Positions 20,172 through 30,119 of a stretch of 64,000 bases of DNA are shown here, piece by piece (the stretch's first letter is position 1; each line of letters opens with the position of its first letter). The DNA is taken from IMG/VR virus record IMGVR_UViG_3300010998_000812, one strand, 5' to 3'. The notes under the pieces were generated by a model that searched no databases, was not told where the DNA came from, and was given only the letters and a program-made list of their open reading frames with translations. Position numbers and translations under genes: made by a program. Origin of the DNA: an uncultured virus (IMG/VR IMGVR_UViG_3300010998_000812). Its lineage: Duplodnaviria; Heunggongvirae; Uroviricota; Caudoviricetes.

Positions 20172-20480
20172 ATGAGAATGTCATTTTATGAGTTTCCGGA
20201 AGATACGCCTGAAGGAGTGCTTATTGATGAGGAGCTTCCTGTAGTGCTTAAGAATGGACAAACGATATCATCGCAATGGCTTACCGAGGAGAAGAGATCT
20301 CTCATAGACCATTTCGAGAGAGTCACTCAATGTACCATTACTTACGCCAAGAAGATGCTTAAGAAATATGGCGGGAGAGCTTGGACAGAGCATTACGACA
20401 GGGACGGAGGATTGTTCGAGGTCACTCCGATAGAGCTTACCGGAAATAACAGCAGATTCAAATATAATCGGCATCTATAG
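20172..20480 (+). CDS. Hypothetical protein
   Basis: RBS AAGGAG before MRMSFY. Confidence 0.65.
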   Translation: MRMSFYEFPEDTPEGVLIDEELPVVLKNGQTISSQWLTEEKRSLIDHFERVTQCTITYAKKMLKKYGGRAWTEHYDRDGGLFEVTPIELTGNNSRFKYNRHL

Positions 20481-20522
20481 TAAGATTAATCTACACATGG
20501 GAAGGAGGGAACAGGAGTCTGT

Positions 20523-22406
20523 ATGAATATAGAATTTCAATGTGGCGGACTGATACTGCTTGTTATAATAATGTTGTTATTCATAAAGGAAAAGAAATTA
20601 GGAATAACCAACAGTAAACTGTTCTTTTTCGCTCTTATCTCATGTATAGTCTGCGAAGTGTTTGATATAGCCTCGATCATAGCGATACACGAGGCTGTGT
20701 ATAACGGCTTTTCTGACATCATCACCAAGATCACTTGTAAGCTGTACCTATGCTCCCTTGTCTTGCAGGGATATCAAGGCTTTCTGTACGCTTCCTCAGA
20801 GGCGCTATACGCCAAAAGGAACAAGCGCACAAAGATTTTTTGCTTGATATTCTTTATTTTGGGTGAAATTGCCATCTTAACGAATGAAATATCATACTAT
20901 ATGGATGGCAGAACGGTCTATTCATACGGACCGTCTACCAAAATAACCTACGCTATAGCCGTAGTGTTCATAACCTTAACTATCTGGACAGCTTTCAAAT
21001 ACAGGGAAGGATTGATGAAGAGAAGACGCAATGCCATGCTTATATGGCAAGGTTGTTGGCTTCTTGCGGCAATCGTGCAGTTTATATTTCCTCAACTGTT
21101 ACTTGTAGGTTTTGCAGCCGCAGTGGGAATGGTAATACTTTACGCAGAGCTTGAGAACCCAAATGAATTTACCGACCGGGGGACAGGGTTGTTCACTCCG
21201 AATGCTATGAAGATGTTCGTGAAAGATATGTTTCTTCGCGAAAAGAAATTTTCAGCTATATTTTTCAAAGCTAAGTTTGTGTACGAGACAGCGGAATATG
21301 AGATAGAACAGGCTGTGACCCAGAGAATAGTAAAAGCAATAGGCAGGCTCGGAGAAGAACCAGCATTCAAGCTTGATGACAACCTATATGCAATCATATA
21401 CGAAGACGAGAAAGAACTGCAAAAGAAGTTCGAAATACTCAAAAAGATGGCTGACAGCGTAACAGATGTAAAAGCCGATGGTATGTATATCCTTATACCG
21501 GACAGCAGCGTATTTGAAAGCTACGAGGAGTTCTTCTTATTTCAAAGATATTACGAAGACGCTGGTCCGGGCATTATAACCGTTGACGAAGCAACGATAG
21601 AAAAGATAAGAAAACGTGAAAACACAAGGATATTCATTGACAATGCGTTGAGAGATGATAGGGTACAGGTATTCTATCAGCCGTTCTTTGACACTAAAAA
21701 GGGTTATTACACTGTTGCGGAGGCTCTTGTCCGCGTATTTGATGAAAACGGTAGGATCGTTCCTCCTATGGAGATAATCCCGATAGCGGAAGAAAACGGA
21801 CAGATAATGCCTCTCGGAATACGGATATTCGAAAAAGTCTGCGAGTTCCTTGAAAAGGGAGAAGCTCAGAAACTTGGTATTGAATACATCGAGGTCAACA
21901 TCTCAGCGGCTCAGTTTGATCACGAAAACCCTTATCTGTTTGTTACAGAGATTATGAGGAAACATAACATCAAGGCTGAATGGATCAACCTTGAGATTAC
22001 CGAAACAGCTTCAAATGACTTAAAACACGTTTTACTTCTCAATATGAATAAACTCATATCCGAAGGTATAGAATTCTCACTTGACGACTTCGGTACAGGC
22101 AGGTCTAATCTGGACTACTTTGTGAATATGCCTGTGAAGAACATCAAATTTGATTACAGCTTTACTCAAGGGTTCTTTACGAATGATAAGATAAAGCAGG
22201 TAATGACGGGTATGACAGACATCTTACATAACATGAATATGCATATCGTATCAGAGGGGATAGAGACCAAAGAACAGATGGATGCGATGATAGACTTGAA
22301 TATAGAATACATACAAGGCTATTATTTATCGAAGCCTATTAACGAAATCGAATTCATAGAATTCCTTAAAGAAAAGAACAAGGAATATGTTGGTTCATAC
22401 ATATAG
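20523..22406 (+). CDS. Membrane-anchored EAL-domain c-di-GMP phosphodiesterase with degenerate GGDEF
   Basis: About 7 N-terminal transmembrane segments, DRGTGL..FKLDDNLY (degenerate GGDEF), YQP..AEALVR..VNIS..LEITE..SLDDFGTG..IKFD..SEGIET..IQGY. Confidence 0.9.
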   Translation: MNIEFQCGGLILLVIIMLLFIKEKKLGITNSKLFFFALISCIVCEVFDIASIIAIHEAVYNGFSDIITKITCKLYLCSLVLQGYQGFLYASSEALYAKRNKRTKIFCLIFFILGEIAILTNEISYYMDGRTVYSYGPSTKITYAIAVVFITLTIWTAFKYREGLMKRRRNAMLIWQGCWLLAAIVQFIFPQLLLVGFAAAVGMVILYAELENPNEFTDRGTGLFTPNAMKMFVKDMFLREKKFSAIFFKAKFVYETAEYEIEQAVTQRIVKAIGRLGEEPAFKLDDNLYAIIYEDEKELQKKFEILKKMADSVTDVKADGMYILIPDSSVFESYEEFFLFQRYYEDAGPGIITVDEATIEKIRKRENTRIFIDNALRDDRVQVFYQPFFDTKKGYYTVAEALVRVFDENGRIVPPMEIIPIAEENGQIMPLGIRIFEKVCEFLEKGEAQKLGIEYIEVNISAAQFDHENPYLFVTEIMRKHNIKAEWINLEITETASNDLKHVLLLNMNKLISEGIEFSLDDFGTGRSNLDYFVNMPVKNIKFDYSFTQGFFTNDKIKQVMTGMTDILHNMNMHIVSEGIETKEQMDAMIDLNIEYIQGYYLSKPINEIEFIEFLKEKNKEYVGSYI

Positions 22407-22420
22407 AAAAACGTTATTTG

Positions 22421-22532
22421 CGGGGCGGCTCGACGTCCTTGTAACGATGAAGCAGCATCTATAACGGTGTTAACTCTCGTTAAGGTTAATTCTGCCATAG
22501 TATTCCGGCAGACACTTATTGAAGCGCGAGAA
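22421..22532 (+). ncRNA. Dispersed structured leader motif copy
   Basis: Same conserved blocks, starting 14 nt after the EAL stop codon. Confidence 0.85.
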
Positions 22533-22592
22533 GCCGGAGAAGATCAGGAAACAACATTAACATTTTTATTAAAACAGAAAGGAATAAAAGTA

Positions 22593-22793
22593 ATGAATAT
22601 AGCTATTTCAAGAAAAGAAGACAAATACTTCAAAAGAGGCGAAAGATACGAGATACTTCGTATGTATGACAATATGCTCGATCTCAATGTTGTTGGGATT
22701 GACAAGCCTGTAACTGTGCCTTTGGATGATGATGATTTCCTTGTGGCTTTCAATGTCAGAGAAGACGATGCATTGGTCATAGGAGATAAGTGA
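22593..22793 (+). CDS. Small hypothetical protein (tandem duplicate A)
   Basis: MNIAI...GERYEILRMYD, with RBS context identical to the next gene. Confidence 0.65.
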   Translation: MNIAISRKEDKYFKRGERYEILRMYDNMLDLNVVGIDKPVTVPLDDDDFLVAFNVREDDALVIGDK

Positions 22794-22834
22794 ACTTATT
22801 CGACAAAAACATGGAACAGAAAGGAATAAAAGTA

Positions 22835-23182
22835 ATGAATATCGCTATTGCAAGGACGACAAATACGAAACTGGGCTACGAAAAAGGGGAGAGATATGAG
22901 ATACTGCGTATGTATGACGGTAAACTCGACCTCTACTTGGATGACAAGACAATAACAGTTCCGGCGGACGGCAAGGAGTTCGAGATCATAATGAACGGCT
23001 CCGGGGACTATTATTATATAAGAAAAGAGAAAGTAGATCCTGATACACAGGCGGAAAATGACACCGAGCGCGAGCTGCTTCATTTCTTCCGGCTGCTGAA
23101 CAGGAGGGAAAGATTTGAAGCTTCTGAGCATATCAAGCGTATGGTGAATACAAGAAGAGCTTGTGATGCTGAGTTCAAGTAA
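22835..23182 (+). CDS. Hypothetical protein (tandem duplicate B, C-terminal extension)
   Basis: MNIAI...GERYEILRMYD. Confidence 0.65.
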   Translation: MNIAIARTTNTKLGYEKGERYEILRMYDGKLDLYLDDKTITVPADGKEFEIIMNGSGDYYYIRKEKVDPDTQAENDTERELLHFFRLLNRRERFEASEHIKRMVNTRRACDAEFK

Positions 23183-23202
23183 TTCAAGGGGAGTGATAAG
23201 CC

Positions 23203-23502
23203 GTGAATATCGAAATGTCGGCGGACAAGAAAAACGTAACGGTACACCTTACAGGCGAGGTCGATGCTCTTAACGCCCCGGATATAGAGGAAAAGATAAT
23301 AGAAAAGATACCTGTAGCGGAAGAAATCATTATAGACGCAGCAGGGCTTGAGTACATATCGTCTTCAGGACTGAGAATACTGTTGGTAGCTCAGAAGGCA
23401 ATGAAAAATAAGGGCGGTCATATGGTTATAAAACATGTAAATGAAGATGTAATGGATGTGTTTAACGTCACAGGCTTCGCAAAGCTGTTAGATATAGCTT
23501 AA
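23203..23502 (+). CDS. STAS-domain anti-sigma-factor antagonist
   Basis: LTGEVDA..LEYISSSGLRILL..VFNVTGF. Confidence 0.9.
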   Translation: MNIEMSADKKNVTVHLTGEVDALNAPDIEEKIIEKIPVAEEIIIDAAGLEYISSSGLRILLVAQKAMKNKGGHMVIKHVNEDVMDVFNVTGFAKLLDIA

Positions 23503-23512
23503 GTATACAATT

Positions 23513-23655
23513 CGGGGTGGCTCCGGCTACAGGCAGAGCCTGATGTCAGCTTCGCGACGCCCTTGTGACGATGAAGTACCTATCAAGTATAAGCAACTCT
23601 TGTTAAAGTCAATTCCTGTATAGTATTCCACGGGACACTTATGATAGTGCGAGAA
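23513..23655 (+). ncRNA. Dispersed structured leader motif copy with ~32-nt insert in the GCTCGA loop
   Basis: Conserved blocks plus insert CCGGCTACAGGCAGAGCCTGATGTCAGCTTCG. Confidence 0.8.
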
Positions 23656-23683
23656 AAACGAGGAGTTCGCAATGAGGATAAAA

Positions 23684-23945
23684 TTCAACTACCCACCACT
23701 AAAGTAGCGGGATTGTGAAACAATCGAGTTGAATAGCCTAAGTGAAGAGCTAAAAGCTCTGAACTACGTTAAGAGAGAATGTATAGTTACCTACGGATGT
23801 AGTACCAAGTCTGTAGCTCTAAGGTCAATGATTAAACAGCTTTTCGGGGAAGAAGCAGTGTTGTTGACAAGAAACCTCTCATTAACATTGGCGATGGTAC
23901 ACTAACGGTAAGATATACACCGGCTTAATGCGTAAAGTATATCAA
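23684..23945 (+). ncRNA. omegaRNA (HEARO-type) scaffold of IscB
   Basis: TCAACTACCC..CTAAAG..GGG, GTTGAATAGCCTAAG, CTACGTT, CCAAGTC..GCTCT, AACATTGGCGATGG, immediately upstream of iscB. Confidence 0.85.
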
Positions 23946-23969
23946 TCTTAAGAGAAGGAGAGCCTTTCA

Positions 23970-25253
23970 ATGGTATATGTGTTAAACAAGAACGGGCAGC
24001 CGCTTATGCCTACTGAAAGGCACGGTAAAGTAAGGAGACTGCTTAAGTCTAAGAAGGCTATAGTAGTCAAGAGATGTCCGTTCACTATACAGCTACAATA
24101 TGAATGTGGCAATGTAACACACCCTATTACTTTAGGCGTGGATGCAGGGAGCAAACATATAGGTCTATCTGCGGCTACAGAGAATAAAGAGCTTTATGCA
24201 GCAGAAGTGGAGCTTCGTAACGACATTGTTAAACTCTTATCTGCGAAACGAGAGCTTCGCATATCTCGTAGGAACAGAAAGACTCGATATCGCAAGGCAA
24301 GATTTAATAATCGGGTGAGTGCTAAGCGAGACGGGTGGTTAGCTCCTTCGTTGCAGCACAAGGTTGATACACATCTTAAGGTGATAGCGGATTTACATAA
24401 AATACTGCCTATCACAAAGATAGTGGTTGAAGTAGCTGCTTTCGATATTCAAAAAATCAAGAACCCTGATATACAGGGGACTGAGTATAAACAAGGTGAA
24501 CAGTTAGGGTTTTGGAACGTCAGAGAGTATGTGCTGTTCAGAGATGGACATCAATGCCAGTGCTGTAAGGGCAAATCTAAGGATACAATACTCAATGTGC
24601 ATCACATAGAGAGCAGGCAGACCGGAGGAGATGCACCCAACAATTTGATTACGCTATGCGAAACATGTCATACCGGGTATCATAAGGGTACTGTCAAGCT
24701 CCCTAAAACCATAAAGCGAGGCATGAGGTTCAAGGATGCTGCATTTATGGGTATAATGAGATGGGCTTTCTTTGAAGAGCTTAAGCGTACATACCCGGAT
24801 GCAAGACTTACGTATGGGTATATTACAAAACATACGAGGATATCGAATGGCTTAAGTAAAACTAAGACTGTTGATGCTCGCTGTATTAGTGGCAATCCTA
24901 TGGCTACTCCCTTAGATACTGTATACTATCTTAAGAAGGTACGGTGTCATAATAGACAGATACATAAATGCACTATTAACAAAGGCAGCATTCGCAAGCG
25001 TAATCGAGCACCATACGATGTTAATGGCTTCAGACTCTTTGATAAAGTAAGATACCAAGGTGCCGAACGCTTTATCTACGGAAGAAGGTCATCCGGGTAC
25101 TTTGATATCAGAGGGCTTGACGGTACAAAGATTTCTTCAAGTGTAAGCTACAAAATGCTAACATTATTGGAGACAAGAAAAAACATTCTAATAGAAAGGC
25201 ACTTGACTGATGAAAAACGAAACCAATCAAAAATCTCCTGCCTTTGCCACTAA
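23970..25253 (+). CDS. iscB: RNA-guided endonuclease IscB (IS200/IS605 OMEGA)
   Basis: PLMP domain (GQPLMPT), RuvC-I LGVDAG, Arg-rich bridge helix, RuvC-II VVE, HNH (CQCC..HHI..NLITLCETCH), RuvC-III VDARCI. Confidence 0.95.
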   Translation: MVYVLNKNGQPLMPTERHGKVRRLLKSKKAIVVKRCPFTIQLQYECGNVTHPITLGVDAGSKHIGLSAATENKELYAAEVELRNDIVKLLSAKRELRISRRNRKTRYRKARFNNRVSAKRDGWLAPSLQHKVDTHLKVIADLHKILPITKIVVEVAAFDIQKIKNPDIQGTEYKQGEQLGFWNVREYVLFRDGHQCQCCKGKSKDTILNVHHIESRQTGGDAPNNLITLCETCHTGYHKGTVKLPKTIKRGMRFKDAAFMGIMRWAFFEELKRTYPDARLTYGYITKHTRISNGLSKTKTVDARCISGNPMATPLDTVYYLKKVRCHNRQIHKCTINKGSIRKRNRAPYDVNGFRLFDKVRYQGAERFIYGRRSSGYFDIRGLDGTKISSSVSYKMLTLLETRKNILIERHLTDEKRNQSKISCLCH

Positions 25254-25635
25254 TATAAAACGCTTAAGGATATCTCGTAATCTGACGCAGCTCGAATTGG
25301 CAAAAATTGCTGGAGTATCAGATAAAGCGGTATCGACTTGGGAAAGCGGACGTAAAATGCCGAGAATTCAAGTGCTAAGCAAGCTGTGTGATTATTTTGG
25401 CGTAAGCCTTGGAGAATTGTTCGAAGAAGAAGAAAAACGGACAGACGAGCCGGTATCCAAAAAAGAAAAAGAACTTCTTAAATGGTTCAGACGCCTATCC
25501 GATAAAGAGCAAGATGTTATTTTTTACCTGACAAAGAAGGCAGGAATGACTATAGAGGAGCTTTTGGAGGAACAGGAATGCCAAGAAGAGGAGAAGAAAC
25601 GCTCTGATTACAAAGAAGAAAAGAAAGATGATTGA
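25210..25635 (+). CDS. XRE-family HTH regulator
   Basis: IKRLRISRNLTQLELAKIAGVSDKAVSTWESG..P. Confidence 0.9.
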   Translation: MKNETNQKSPAFATNIKRLRISRNLTQLELAKIAGVSDKAVSTWESGRKMPRIQVLSKLCDYFGVSLGELFEEEEKRTDEPVSKKEKELLKWFRRLSDKEQDVIFYLTKKAGMTIEELLEEQECQEEEKKRSDYKEEKKDD

Positions 25636-25638
25636 ACT

Positions 25639-26406
25639 ATGAAAAACAAGGATTTCGAGAACATATATATTACAGGCGATACACACGCTGATTTCAAAGA
25701 CCTCATACGGCAGGCACAAAGGTTTGATTTCACCGAGCGGGACCTTCTTATCATTCTCGGCGATGTGGGTATAAATTACTTCGGTGACTTAAGGGACGAT
25801 AAGAACAAGAAGACGCTTGAAGCTGTACCTTGCACTATTCTTTGTATTCACGGGAACCACGAGATGCGTCCGACAAGCCCCGAAATAGCGGAGAAATATA
25901 AGAAAATCGAATGGCAGGGAGATACGGCGTATGTAGAAGATAACTATCCTCGCTTCATTATGGCTGAAGATGGTTCAAGATACCACATCAACGAGAGAGA
26001 TTTCCTTGTTATAGGCGGAGCATATTCCGTCGATAAGCTGTACCGCTTGGAATATGGATACAGGTGGTTCAAGGATGAGCAGCTTACTGAGGATGAAAAG
26101 GATAGCATCAGAAAGAAAGTAGAAAAACACGGGAATAAAGAAGATGTCATACTCGCACACACCTGCCCGTATAACAACAGACCGGTGGAATGTTTCCTGA
26201 AGGATGTAAACCAATCCACGGTAGACAACTCTATGGAGCATTTCTTGCAGGAGATAGTCGATAAGATCGAATACAACGCCTTATACTGCGGACATTGGCA
26301 CACAGAGAAGCAAGATGGAAAGGTTCGTATAATGTTCCATGATATCATTGTTCTGGGGGAGCCCAAGAAGGACGAGGAGATGTTTTCAGGAAGACTCTGC
26401 TCGTAA
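25639..26406 (+). CDS. Calcineurin-like metallophosphoesterase
   Basis: GDTH, LGD, GNHE, HTCP and GHWH motifs. Confidence 0.9.
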   Translation: MKNKDFENIYITGDTHADFKDLIRQAQRFDFTERDLLIILGDVGINYFGDLRDDKNKKTLEAVPCTILCIHGNHEMRPTSPEIAEKYKKIEWQGDTAYVEDNYPRFIMAEDGSRYHINERDFLVIGGAYSVDKLYRLEYGYRWFKDEQLTEDEKDSIRKKVEKHGNKEDVILAHTCPYNNRPVECFLKDVNQSTVDNSMEHFLQEIVDKIEYNALYCGHWHTEKQDGKVRIMFHDIIVLGEPKKDEEMFSGRLCS

Positions 26407-26479
26407 AATATCTGTGTACAGCAAACAAGACTTTTTGATTTTCCTTCCGAGAAGTCATACTATTAACAAATAAATAATT

Positions 26480-26590
26480 CGGGGCAGCTCGATGCCCTTG
26501 TGACGATGAAGTGCCTATCAAGTATAGGTAACTCTCGTTAAGGTTAATCCTCCCATAGTATTCCGAGAGGCGCTCATTGAAGTGCGAGAA
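26480..26590 (+). ncRNA. Dispersed structured leader motif copy
   Basis: Conserved blocks, about 18 nt after a CATACTA promoter box. Confidence 0.85.
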
Positions 26591-26705
26591 CGCCGAACTC
26601 CGCCTTCTTCTTAGCGGTCAATCGCATACAGCGATGATACATACGCGATATATATGCATTATCACTCATAAAAGAAAGATATTTTTGGGAAAGAGAAGAA
26701 CAAAT

Positions 26706-26990
26706 ATGTACAAATTATACGAATACGCAGACGGAGACACGAAAATCGGACTTATAATGTCCGACAAAGAACAGTGCCTATACATAGGTAATAAGCTTTA
26801 CTCAGCAAAAACGAATGTTACCCCTGAGAAGCAAAGCCTTGACAGCGATATTACCGGGCGTGGGCTTGTAAAGATTGAACTTGAGCCCCTCAGAGTAACT
26901 ATCGCCGGAAAAGAGGTAAAGCCTACCTACGAGCATGAAGAGCCGGACAAAGCTTCCATTCTTCAGCACTGGAACTCAAGACTTAAGTAA
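26706..26990 (+). CDS. Hypothetical protein
   Basis: ORF starting MYKLYEY between two motif copies. Confidence 0.55.
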   Translation: MYKLYEYADGDTKIGLIMSDKEQCLYIGNKLYSAKTNVTPEKQSLDSDITGRGLVKIELEPLRVTIAGKEVKPTYEHEEPDKASILQHWNSRLK

Positions 26991-27016
26991 AACGGAAAGA
27001 CTTTCCATAGATATAT

Positions 27017-27126
27017 CGGGGCGGCTCGACGTCCTTGTGGCGATGAAGTGCTTGTTTAATATAAGTAACTCTCGTTAAGGTTAATCCCTGTATAGTATTC
27101 CACAGGGCACTTATGAAGCGCGAGAA
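27017..27126 (+). ncRNA. Dispersed structured leader motif copy (no clear downstream ORF)
   Basis: Conserved blocks, with the 3' AAGTGCGAGAA repeated again at ~27145. Confidence 0.85.
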
Positions 27127-27231
27127 GGGGGGATGACACGCAAGAAGTGCGAGAACGAGGGCATTGATACCCCCAATTTTAACGCACGCCTTGCTGTCAA
27201 GAAGGCTGTGTACGAGCCTTAAAATAGGGTA

Positions 27232-27492
27232 TTGCAATTTTTGCAATTTCATGATACAATGTGATTACAGTAAAGAAAAGAGATAACCACATAATCAAAT
27301 GTTTTCATAAATATTCCTTTCACAACAATATCATGCATATCCCGTCAGAGAAAGAGTGGGACAGGACGGCAATAAATCTGGGAACACCGTCCAAAGTGTG
27401 ATATTGTACCTAAAGACGATACACCGGATATTCATAATAATCCTTTCATAATAAAGAGGGCTCCTCGGATAACGATCCGGGGAGTTTTCTTT
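27232..27492 (+). ncRNA. Promoter-sRNA-terminator unit with two anti-RBS/anti-AUG boxes
   Basis: TTGCAA-17-TACAAT, TTCATAAATATTCCTTTCA and TTCATAATAATCCTTTCA flanking a multi-stem core, terminator CTCCTCGGA..TCCGGGGAGTTTT. Confidence 0.6.
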
Positions 27493-27732
27493 TATGTTGG
27501 TGCGAAACGGAATATTTCAGAATATTTCGTGAAGCTCGGATTTGACATCTCTTAAGAGAAGCTTAAGCTGTGTACGACCTATGAATTTAGGTATTGCAAT
27601 TACCGGGGAACCATGCTATAATTTAAGAACAAAGAGGCAGAAGATAATATTTGTAAGTAAAAAGATGTGTACGAACAACAACAGTTTATGATTTTCCTCG
27701 CGAAAAGTCATACTATTAACAAATAAATAATT

Positions 27733-27844
27733 CGGGGCAGCTCGATGTCCTTGTGGCGACGAAGTGGCATCTATAACGATGTTAACTCTCGTTAAGGTTA
27801 ATCCCACAATAGTATTCCTGTGGGCACTTGTAGGAGTGCGAGAA
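27733..27844 (+). ncRNA. Dispersed structured leader motif copy
   Basis: Conserved blocks after a CATACTA promoter. Confidence 0.85.
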
Positions 27845-27873
27845 GAGTGCTATTCTCACCTTAAGGAGACAAC

Positions 27874-28365
27874 ATGACAGACGAAAAGTATCTTAATATC
27901 TATAGCGCTATACGAGATATTCTCGTTATATTCGCAGATTCCGAGATTGGCGGAGAATACGAGTTCAATAATGATGTTATCGCGAGGTATCTTGATGGCA
28001 AGGCTATAGTAGACTTTTGGGAATGCAACACCAAAGAAGAAATCTATGAAAGATTTACTCAGGACATCATAAACGGTTATCCTGTATGGCAAATGCTTAT
28101 CCTACCTGAATGGACAAAGGGAATGATCGAGAAATCTTTCGCCGAAGAGGTAAATAAAGAAGAGGAAGAAGCAAAGAAGATTTACAAATGCCTTACTTGT
28201 AAGCATTTCTGCAAAAGCACTACGAGGTTCGGTATGCATTATAGCTGTAAGCGACCGCTGAAGCGAATGGGAATGAGAGAACCAAGAAGCGGTCCGTTTG
28301 AGCTGAAGAAAGCTTGCAAGTATTATGAGGTTGCAGACACAGAAACGGACGAAAAAGGAGTATGA
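27874..28365 (+). CDS. Hypothetical protein with a C-terminal Cys cluster
   Basis: RBS AAGGAG, CLTCKHF..C..C. Confidence 0.65.
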   Translation: MTDEKYLNIYSAIRDILVIFADSEIGGEYEFNNDVIARYLDGKAIVDFWECNTKEEIYERFTQDIINGYPVWQMLILPEWTKGMIEKSFAEEVNKEEEEAKKIYKCLTCKHFCKSTTRFGMHYSCKRPLKRMGMREPRSGPFELKKACKYYEVADTETDEKGV

Positions 28366-28366
28366 G

Positions 28367-29008
28367 ATGAACTACGAAAATAGAGTAGCTGTATTCAAAC
28401 CAGAGATTGAGCTCATTAAGAGAGAATATATCAGAGGTGTTGTAAAAAATGAGCTTAAGTACACACCGGATTACTTCTTCTATGTTCCGGCAAGTTCTTC
28501 CGGAAAGTATCATCCCAATTTTGCTCAAGGCGCCGGCGGACTTGTAAGACACACAAAGGCAGCAGTAAAGACTGCGGTAGAACTGATGAGGCTTGAACAG
28601 TATATCAATGAGTTCAGTCGGCAGAGAGATACAATTAAGGACGAAATCATCGCAGCCCTGATTTTGCACGACACATACAAGTGCGGTTTAGATGAAAACC
28701 CTTACGTTAATACCGATATGACAAGCTATAAGACAAAATCGAGCCATCCGGTGTTAGCTCATGACCAGCTCATCAAGCATCGAATTTCCGAAAACGATGG
28801 GGTATATATGTCCGATTTGACAGAAAGTATTGCTGACCTTATACTGACGCATATGGGTCAGTGGAACACAGACCACAATACAGGCAAGGAAATAATGCCA
28901 AAGCCTGAAACTTATGCTCAGAAGTTTGTACACTTATGCGATTATCTTGCTTCCAGAAAAGAGATCACTGTGTACGACTATGACCCTAATTCATACGATA
29001 ATCCTTGA
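28367..29008 (+). CDS. HD-domain phosphohydrolase
   Basis: PASSSGKYH..GGLVRHT..LILHD..THMGQW..VHLCDY. Confidence 0.85.
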   Translation: MNYENRVAVFKPEIELIKREYIRGVVKNELKYTPDYFFYVPASSSGKYHPNFAQGAGGLVRHTKAAVKTAVELMRLEQYINEFSRQRDTIKDEIIAALILHDTYKCGLDENPYVNTDMTSYKTKSSHPVLAHDQLIKHRISENDGVYMSDLTESIADLILTHMGQWNTDHNTGKEIMPKPETYAQKFVHLCDYLASRKEITVYDYDPNSYDNP

Positions 29009-29020
29009 AAGGAAAATAAA

Positions 29021-30118
29021 ATGAAAGAAAACAAAGCAGAATATACAGAACAGGAACGCTCGGAAGCTCGTCATAAAGAACCACATATCCTTTCAATCGA
29101 AGAAATATCCGCTGAAATAGCGAGTGAAAAGTATAGCTTCTTAAGAGAAAATGAGCATCTTGGCAGTCACATCGCTATGATAGGTCTTGGCGGTTCCTAC
29201 GCCTACGGCACAAACAAAGCAACATCCGACCTTGATGTAAGAGGCTTTGCACTTAACAGCAAGGAAGACATCCTCGGCGGCGGAAACTTCGAGCAGTTTG
29301 AGGAGCACGATACCGATACTGTCATATATGGCTTTACTAAATTTGTAAGGCTGCTTGCGGGTTGTAATCCTAATATGATCGAGATACTCGGACTTAAGCC
29401 CGAACACTACATATATCTTTCACCGGTAGGGAAGGAACTCCTCGACAACAGAAAGATGTTCCTCTCAAGACAGGTTGTACACACCTTCGGAGGATATGCT
29501 TCAAGTCAGCTGCGTCGCTTGGACAATAAATCCGGAAGGATAGGAAATCAAGCGATACAGGAACAGCATCTTCTTAATAGCATACTTAAGGACTTGGAAA
29601 ACTTCGGAGAGACATACGCTAACTTCCCTGAAGACGCAATAAACCTTTACCTTGACAGTGCTGTAAATCCTGAATTTGAAAGAGAAATCTTTATGGATAT
29701 ATCTTTGAAACATTACCCTATAAGGGATTATAAGGATATGCTGTCCCGCATAGCTGGTATAGTGAGAGATTACAATGCGGTAGGAAAAAGAAACAAACAG
29801 GCTCTTACACACGATAAGATAGGAAAACATTCGATGCACCTGCTGCGGCTCTACATGATGTGTATAGATATTCTTGAAAAAGGAGAAATCGTCACATATA
29901 GAGAAAAAGAGCACGATCTTCTAATGAGTATAAGGAATAACGAGTATCTTGATAAGGACGGACAGCCGATACCGGAGTTCTTTGAGATGGTGGATGAATA
30001 CGAAAAAAGAATGAAGTATGCGGCAGAAAATACTGACCTTCCGGCAAAGCCTGACCATAAGAGGATCAATGAATTTGTAATGTCGGTCAACGAGAAGGTA
30101 GTGAAGGGAGAGATTTGA
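29021..30118 (+). CDS. Pol-beta-superfamily nucleotidyltransferase
   Basis: GGSYAYGT..SDLDVRG, CNPNMIE, KHSMHLLRL. Confidence 0.85.
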   Translation: MKENKAEYTEQERSEARHKEPHILSIEEISAEIASEKYSFLRENEHLGSHIAMIGLGGSYAYGTNKATSDLDVRGFALNSKEDILGGGNFEQFEEHDTDTVIYGFTKFVRLLAGCNPNMIEILGLKPEHYIYLSPVGKELLDNRKMFLSRQVVHTFGGYASSQLRRLDNKSGRIGNQAIQEQHLLNSILKDLENFGETYANFPEDAINLYLDSAVNPEFEREIFMDISLKHYPIRDYKDMLSRIAGIVRDYNAVGKRNKQALTHDKIGKHSMHLLRLYMMCIDILEKGEIVTYREKEHDLLMSIRNNEYLDKDGQPIPEFFEMVDEYEKRMKYAAENTDLPAKPDHKRINEFVMSVNEKVVKGEI

Positions 30119-30119
30119 A

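Noticed and set aside
22467..22592. N-terminal ORF extensions through motif copies (also 19513, 26577, 14964)
   Set aside because: They run through the non-coding motif, and better RBS/ATG pairs lie downstream.
27340..27395. c-di-GMP-I riboswitch suggested by GAAAGAGTGGGAC
   Set aside because: It lacks the GGCAAAC and GCAAAGC elements and the second stem, and no gene follows.
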